A stretch of 63,750 nucleotides of DNA, the filler included, from Perkinsus chesapeaki ATCC PRA-425 (taxonomy: Eukaryota; Protista; Perkinsozoa): NCBI GenBank assembly GCA_013115145.1. It is 14 parts of 14 records of this genome, joined end to end, with 100 filler letters (N's around TTAATTAATTAA, not from the genome) between each part and the next. Parts side by side here need not be neighbours in the genome. Positions count along the whole stretch, not along the records: positions 59,602 to 63,750 come from JAAPAO010001312.1; 13 more parts are not named here. One strand, given 5' to 3'. A model generated the notes under the pieces. It was given only the letters and a program-made list of their open reading frames with translations. It was not told the DNA's origin and did not search any database. Numbering within the stretch: the stretch's first letter is position 1; the number at the start of each line of letters is the position of its first letter. Of the stretch, positions 59,502-63,750 are shown piece after piece. A program made the translations under genes and the position numbers.

Positions 59502-60507
59502 NNNNNNNNNNNNNNNNNNNNNNNNNNNNNNNNNNNNNNNNNNNNTTAATTAATTAANNNNNNNNNNNNNNNNNNNNNNNNNNNNNNNNNNNNNNNNNNN
59601 NTTGGCTGAAGTTCCATCATAGAAATTCTATGGAACTAAAAATTCTCAATGTCAAAAAAGTCTCAATGTCGGAAAAGCCCTCACGATTTCCATGAAACGG
59701 CACCCCTCGCCTATGGTTTCCAGCTCTAATGCAGCTAACATCCGGCTTGCTCGCAGGATAACCTATGTTGTGTGCCAGAAGGAACTTCCAACCCAAGGCT
59801 TATTAAGGGCGCAGAAAACCCTAACGTATGCGTGCAACTGTGTAGATCACATATCTAATAGCAAACTGCGCAACTACAAAGGGCAGTGGAAAGATAACCA
59901 TTCTCAGCTACCTACACTGACTGAGTTATACTGAGATCCTAGCACAGCTTATCTCAAACTAGTGCACATAGAGTGACATAGCTTATGCTAATAAATAGAC
60001 ATTATCCACCTCCTCACACCTAATGGTTCATTGTCCCGAACTGCTCCTCCAATAATCACACAAACTGCCCGCCTAGCATCTTCTGGCAGAACAACTCACG
60101 TACATGCTTGGTCCCGTTCTATTGCAGCAGTGAGAATTGAGTTTTCTTAAGAGAGACATAGTATAGTATTTTGCATTAGGATTACTACAAGTGAGTCAGT
60201 GGTGTTACTATGGCGCCGAGCGGCTCCCTAGGCGCTTCCTTCAAAAGACTAAAGGAACACTGCGCGTCACGGTGATCTGAAATCATTGGCGAATGCTTTT
60301 CCCCGAGAGATTTTGGCTCTTCCTAGCCTGAGACTTATGCTAGAGCTTGAGACCGTAGACGACGTCCACGCTTCAAGGTGTAAATAACAAGCTTTTGCAT
60401 GTCTTCAACAGTCGGCTGCACTACATGTCAGCTAGCGCTCCCCCAGCGTTCCTACCTCGCTAGTAGGATGTAGTATCATTGTGTCTTAGTACTAAGTTAA
60501 CTCTGGC

Positions 60508-60879
60508 ATGAGTACGCTCCTAATTGCGCTATCGACGATCCTGATGGTTGCATCTGATATAATGCCCGTTGGGAGATATCATATCGTGGGCATGTATCCT
60601 ATGGCTCCCGTAAGAGTCATCGAGATCCTAAGCAAATCGAGCATGGCCTTGGACATAAAAGCTACGACCAACCCGATTAGAACGAACTTCAAAATGGCTA
60701 ACAGCAGCTGTATGATGTTCCCGCAATTTAGCAAGAGTCAAATTGGGGGACTTAAAACCAAGTTTCCAGACTATATAAATAGTACTACTCTGACTAAACT
60801 CTCATGCTCTATGGATTCGGCGGTTATTCTCATTGACTACTCCAACGGAGAGGATGTGTTTTATGCGCTGATGCCATGA
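60508..60879 (+). CDS. Small probably secreted hypothetical protein
   Basis: 123-aa ORF starting with a signal-peptide-like MSTLLIALSTILMVAS. Confidence 0.5.
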   Translation: MSTLLIALSTILMVASDIMPVGRYHIVGMYPMAPVRVIEILSKSSMALDIKATTNPIRTNFKMANSSCMMFPQFSKSQIGGLKTKFPDYINSTTLTKLSCSMDSAVILIDYSNGEDVFYALMP

Positions 60880-62420
60880 GAGGCGTCATCACATTGTCCA
60901 CTCGCTCGATGGGCGGATAGGGTGCGTTAAAGCGGTTAATGTCAAGTAATAAGTATTCATCAATAATATGCTGTAGAAGAATGGAAGAGCAACGAACTCA
61001 TCAGTCGGTGACCTTGCGCTCAAGTCAGTCCTTATACTTTCTGCTTTAGTGATTTGTGCTGCTGGAGCACACTAAGTAGGCCATTCGAATAGGTAGAGAT
61101 ATTTTCTTTAATGGAATTGTTACGCCCATCGGCTAGTCCTTCTTCTTGTAGAGACCTAAATGGCTTAGAGTTCAGTCCCGGCCCTGGACTCCAGGGTAGC
61201 AGGTCAATGTCGATTAACAAGTAGGAGAACTACTGCACTTGACTATGTTGAACTGATTGACTCGTCAACACAGTATTATCACTGTCATGAGAGATTCTGT
61301 TGTTGTCTAGGGGACTAGACAGAACCGCATCTGGCTAGAACTGAGGTACAGATAGAAAAGGACGCCAGCTTGTGGAATTGCAAGACTGGTCTACTTGGCT
61401 TAGCCTATCCCAGCCCAGTAAACCTGCGTTTGCTGGTAGGACGGGGGTTCACCGGACGATATCCGTCTATATTCTCCATAGGCTCACAAGGTATACGAAT
61501 AACCAATTGCGAAATAGTTCGTCAAACTCCCGAAGAACTCAGCTCGGCTCTGAGGGGAACCGATGGTATTTTCTATGGAGTTCGAAATAAAAAAAACTCG
61601 CTACTGGCAGAATACAACCGCCAGACTGTTAGCATCTTGAATAAGTCCTGCTCTTCCTCTGTGAGATAGCATAGTAGAACGGGTCCTTGCCAGGGCACTT
61701 CGTTTTCAAGTAAACCTCGTCCGTCGTCTTGTTTTAATGCATCGACCGGAGATCGACCTTTTTGATGTATTTCCACAACTCTGCTCTCACATCTTCCTCG
61801 GCGGAAGCCTCGATATTACCATCAGCTCTGTTGTAGACATATGGGATGTTGGACAGTGTCCAATGGACATGGATATAACTACTTTCGGGCTNNNNNNNNN
61901 NNNNNNNNNNNNNNNNNNNNNNNNNNNNNNNNNNNNNNNNNNNNNNNNNNNNNNNNNNNNNNNNNNNNNNNNNNNNNNNNNNNNNNNAGTTCGTAAACAC
62001 TCCGGATACTCGAGTTGGAACTTGCGTTACCGCATCTAGGATTAGTTGCCTTCCGACATTTATACAAGGTCTTGCTTGAGCGAGTGAAATGTGTTGGGAT
62101 TTGGAGAACGGTTCTTCTCTCGTGCGGTTAACCATAAGCGACCAGTACACAATAGGTGTGAAACGATATCGGCAAGTGAACGTTGATCGGTCCAGCTCAG
62201 GTTGTAGATCCCAACATGCGACCCATCCTGCATACACATAGTGCACATTAGCACATACACAAGAACAAACGGCATGAATTACGTGGCGCGGATCAATGAG
62301 ACTAGACAATGCAAGGTCAATGAAATAGAAACTTGGGTATTGACATCATCAGCAGCTCTCAGGTTACTTGTGTGGACCGCAAAGGAAGCAATAAAACTCT
62401 GCTCTACGGCGGCGCATTAT

Positions 62421-63557
62421 TCAGTCGAGCCTTCTTCGACGATCAAGCAAAAGTCCTTCGCGGGCACGACTACCTCCAGTACGATATAATAGCTGTGCAG
62501 CTTTGAGTCCCTTACGGAGGACCCCGAAACCAACTTCCGAATCAATGACAATGTCACTAGTGCACACCAATACCGTCCAACTGTTACTTACATGTACCAA
62601 CGAAATAGTCTCGTTTGGCGGCAAGACATCAGGCGAGAGGATGAGGTCATCATAAATGTGGTATACGTAACCTCTGGAGCCGGACCCAGTTGTGAACACA
62701 CCAAAGCACACTTGACTTCCAACTCGCGGTATGAATCTGCACATCTCAGCGTGTCGTTCAGGCGTCTCGAATACAGCGCCATTCTCTCTCCATAGGCAAA
62801 GCTTTCCCCACGTAAAGCCCTTGATGAACAGAATAGCCACTGGATGCTCACCCTCCACAATAGCATCTTGAAAGCAAGGATCAGAGAACCAGTCGGGATC
62901 ATCATATTCGTCGCCGCCGCCGCCGGAATTCATTGCTTCATCTTGCCTCGTCATAGTCATAACGTATTTGAAGTTTCCGCATGCGTCACCCATCACATAA
63001 ACTCTGAATGACTCTTCGGCTATGAGAAACAGCTTCCCACCGACAACCCTCAAATCAGTTATGCCTTCTGGTACGTCAATTACAGTGCTCGTCGTAGATC
63101 TGCTGCCGGTGAGAGAAATTCTGTGCAGTCTGTCTCGTTGACCAATAATAAAATAGTAGAAGTATCCATTGAGCACACAGCCTGCATGACCTGCTTCAAT
63201 GAGTGCGATTTCCTGAAAGGCCGTGATATCCGTAGTCCGAGGACCTCGCTGCGATCTGGCGAGGCCGCCCTGTACTTGCATTCTCGCTGGCCCGATGAAA
63301 GTTGGTGACACCATCATACCGATCATTTCATCAGCTTCAAGGTCAATTGTACTTTCACACTTATAGGTCAACATCCACCTGGGAAAGTTGCATACGGGTC
63401 CTCGTTCAAAGGCATTGGGGTAGTAGACCAGTGGGAAATACTCCCATACACAAGCTACTAAGTCGTAAGGTGCATCAGGAGCAAACTCAAATATCCGTCC
63501 AAGTCTGGTCGCTAGTAGACGACGTAACGCTAGTCTGTCCTCGTCTGAAGGAGACAT
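62421..63557 (-). CDS. Hypothetical protein with an F-box-like N-terminal segment and a beta-rich C-terminus
   Basis: Long stop-free ORF. The likely ATG is at 63557 (MSPSDED), 5 nt after a TTTCAG acceptor. APYDLVACVWEYFP resembles an F-box start. Confidence 0.55.
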   Translation of the reverse strand: MSPSDEDRLALRRLLATRLGRIFEFAPDAPYDLVACVWEYFPLVYYPNAFERGPVCNFPRWMLTYKCESTIDLEADEMIGMMVSPTFIGPARMQVQGGLARSQRGPRTTDITAFQEIALIEAGHAGCVLNGYFYYFIIGQRDRLHRISLTGSRSTTSTVIDVPEGITDLRVVGGKLFLIAEESFRVYVMGDACGNFKYVMTMTRQDEAMNSGGGGDEYDDPDWFSDPCFQDAIVEGEHPVAILFIKGFTWGKLCLWRENGAVFETPERHAEMCRFIPRVGSQVCFGVFTTGSGSRGYVYHIYDDLILSPDVLPPNETISLVHVSNSWTVLVCTSDIVIDSEVGFGVLRKGLKAAQLLYRTGGSRAREGLLLDRRRRLD

Positions 63558-63750
63558 GCTAACTGAAAGGGTCAGTGTGAAGAGATATCTGCAAGCAAAA
63601 GTATGGCGGCTATGTACGACTAACGTTCTGAAATCCGAAATGAGGTACTGTAATTGGGTTCCTTGCACTGTGATTTCATCACAGCTACGGCACGCGCAAT
63701 CTTCACACTGTGAACCGGATTTGCTAGAAGTCATTGACCGCGGTGAGCTA

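Overview
The window is a chain of about 14 unrelated eukaryotic contigs joined by artificial N-TTAATTAATTAA-N linkers, with two further plain N gaps. Neighbourhood across linkers means nothing. The organism is very likely Perkinsus (alveolate): there is an exact 22-nt Perkinsus spliced-leader sequence, EFL-type elongation factor genes, and many short GT-AG introns. Recognisable genes: M18 aspartyl aminopeptidase, a histidine phosphatase (PGAM/DET1-like), an acid ceramidase/NAAA-like Ntn hydrolase, a DCC-family thiol-disulfide protein, two tandem FUSC/ALMT-like transporters, tandem EFL fragments and a tRNA-Arg(ACG). Mobile DNA is abundant: five LTR-retrotransposon pieces, a SWIM/MULE-type C-terminus, a Pif1/Helitron-like helicase and a decayed RAG1/Transib/Chapaev-like transposase. 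The most unusual signals are: (1) a perfect spliced leader with no splice donor, lying antisense just downstream of the RAG/Transib-like relic; (2) a near-complete retrotransposon whose Gag has CCCH fingers instead of CCHC knuckles and whose RT/RNase H look DIRS-like although it has a DDE integrase; (3) a tRNA filling an intron, with its Pol III terminator doubling as the polypyrimidine tract. All family calls come from motif recognition by eye; no searches were run.
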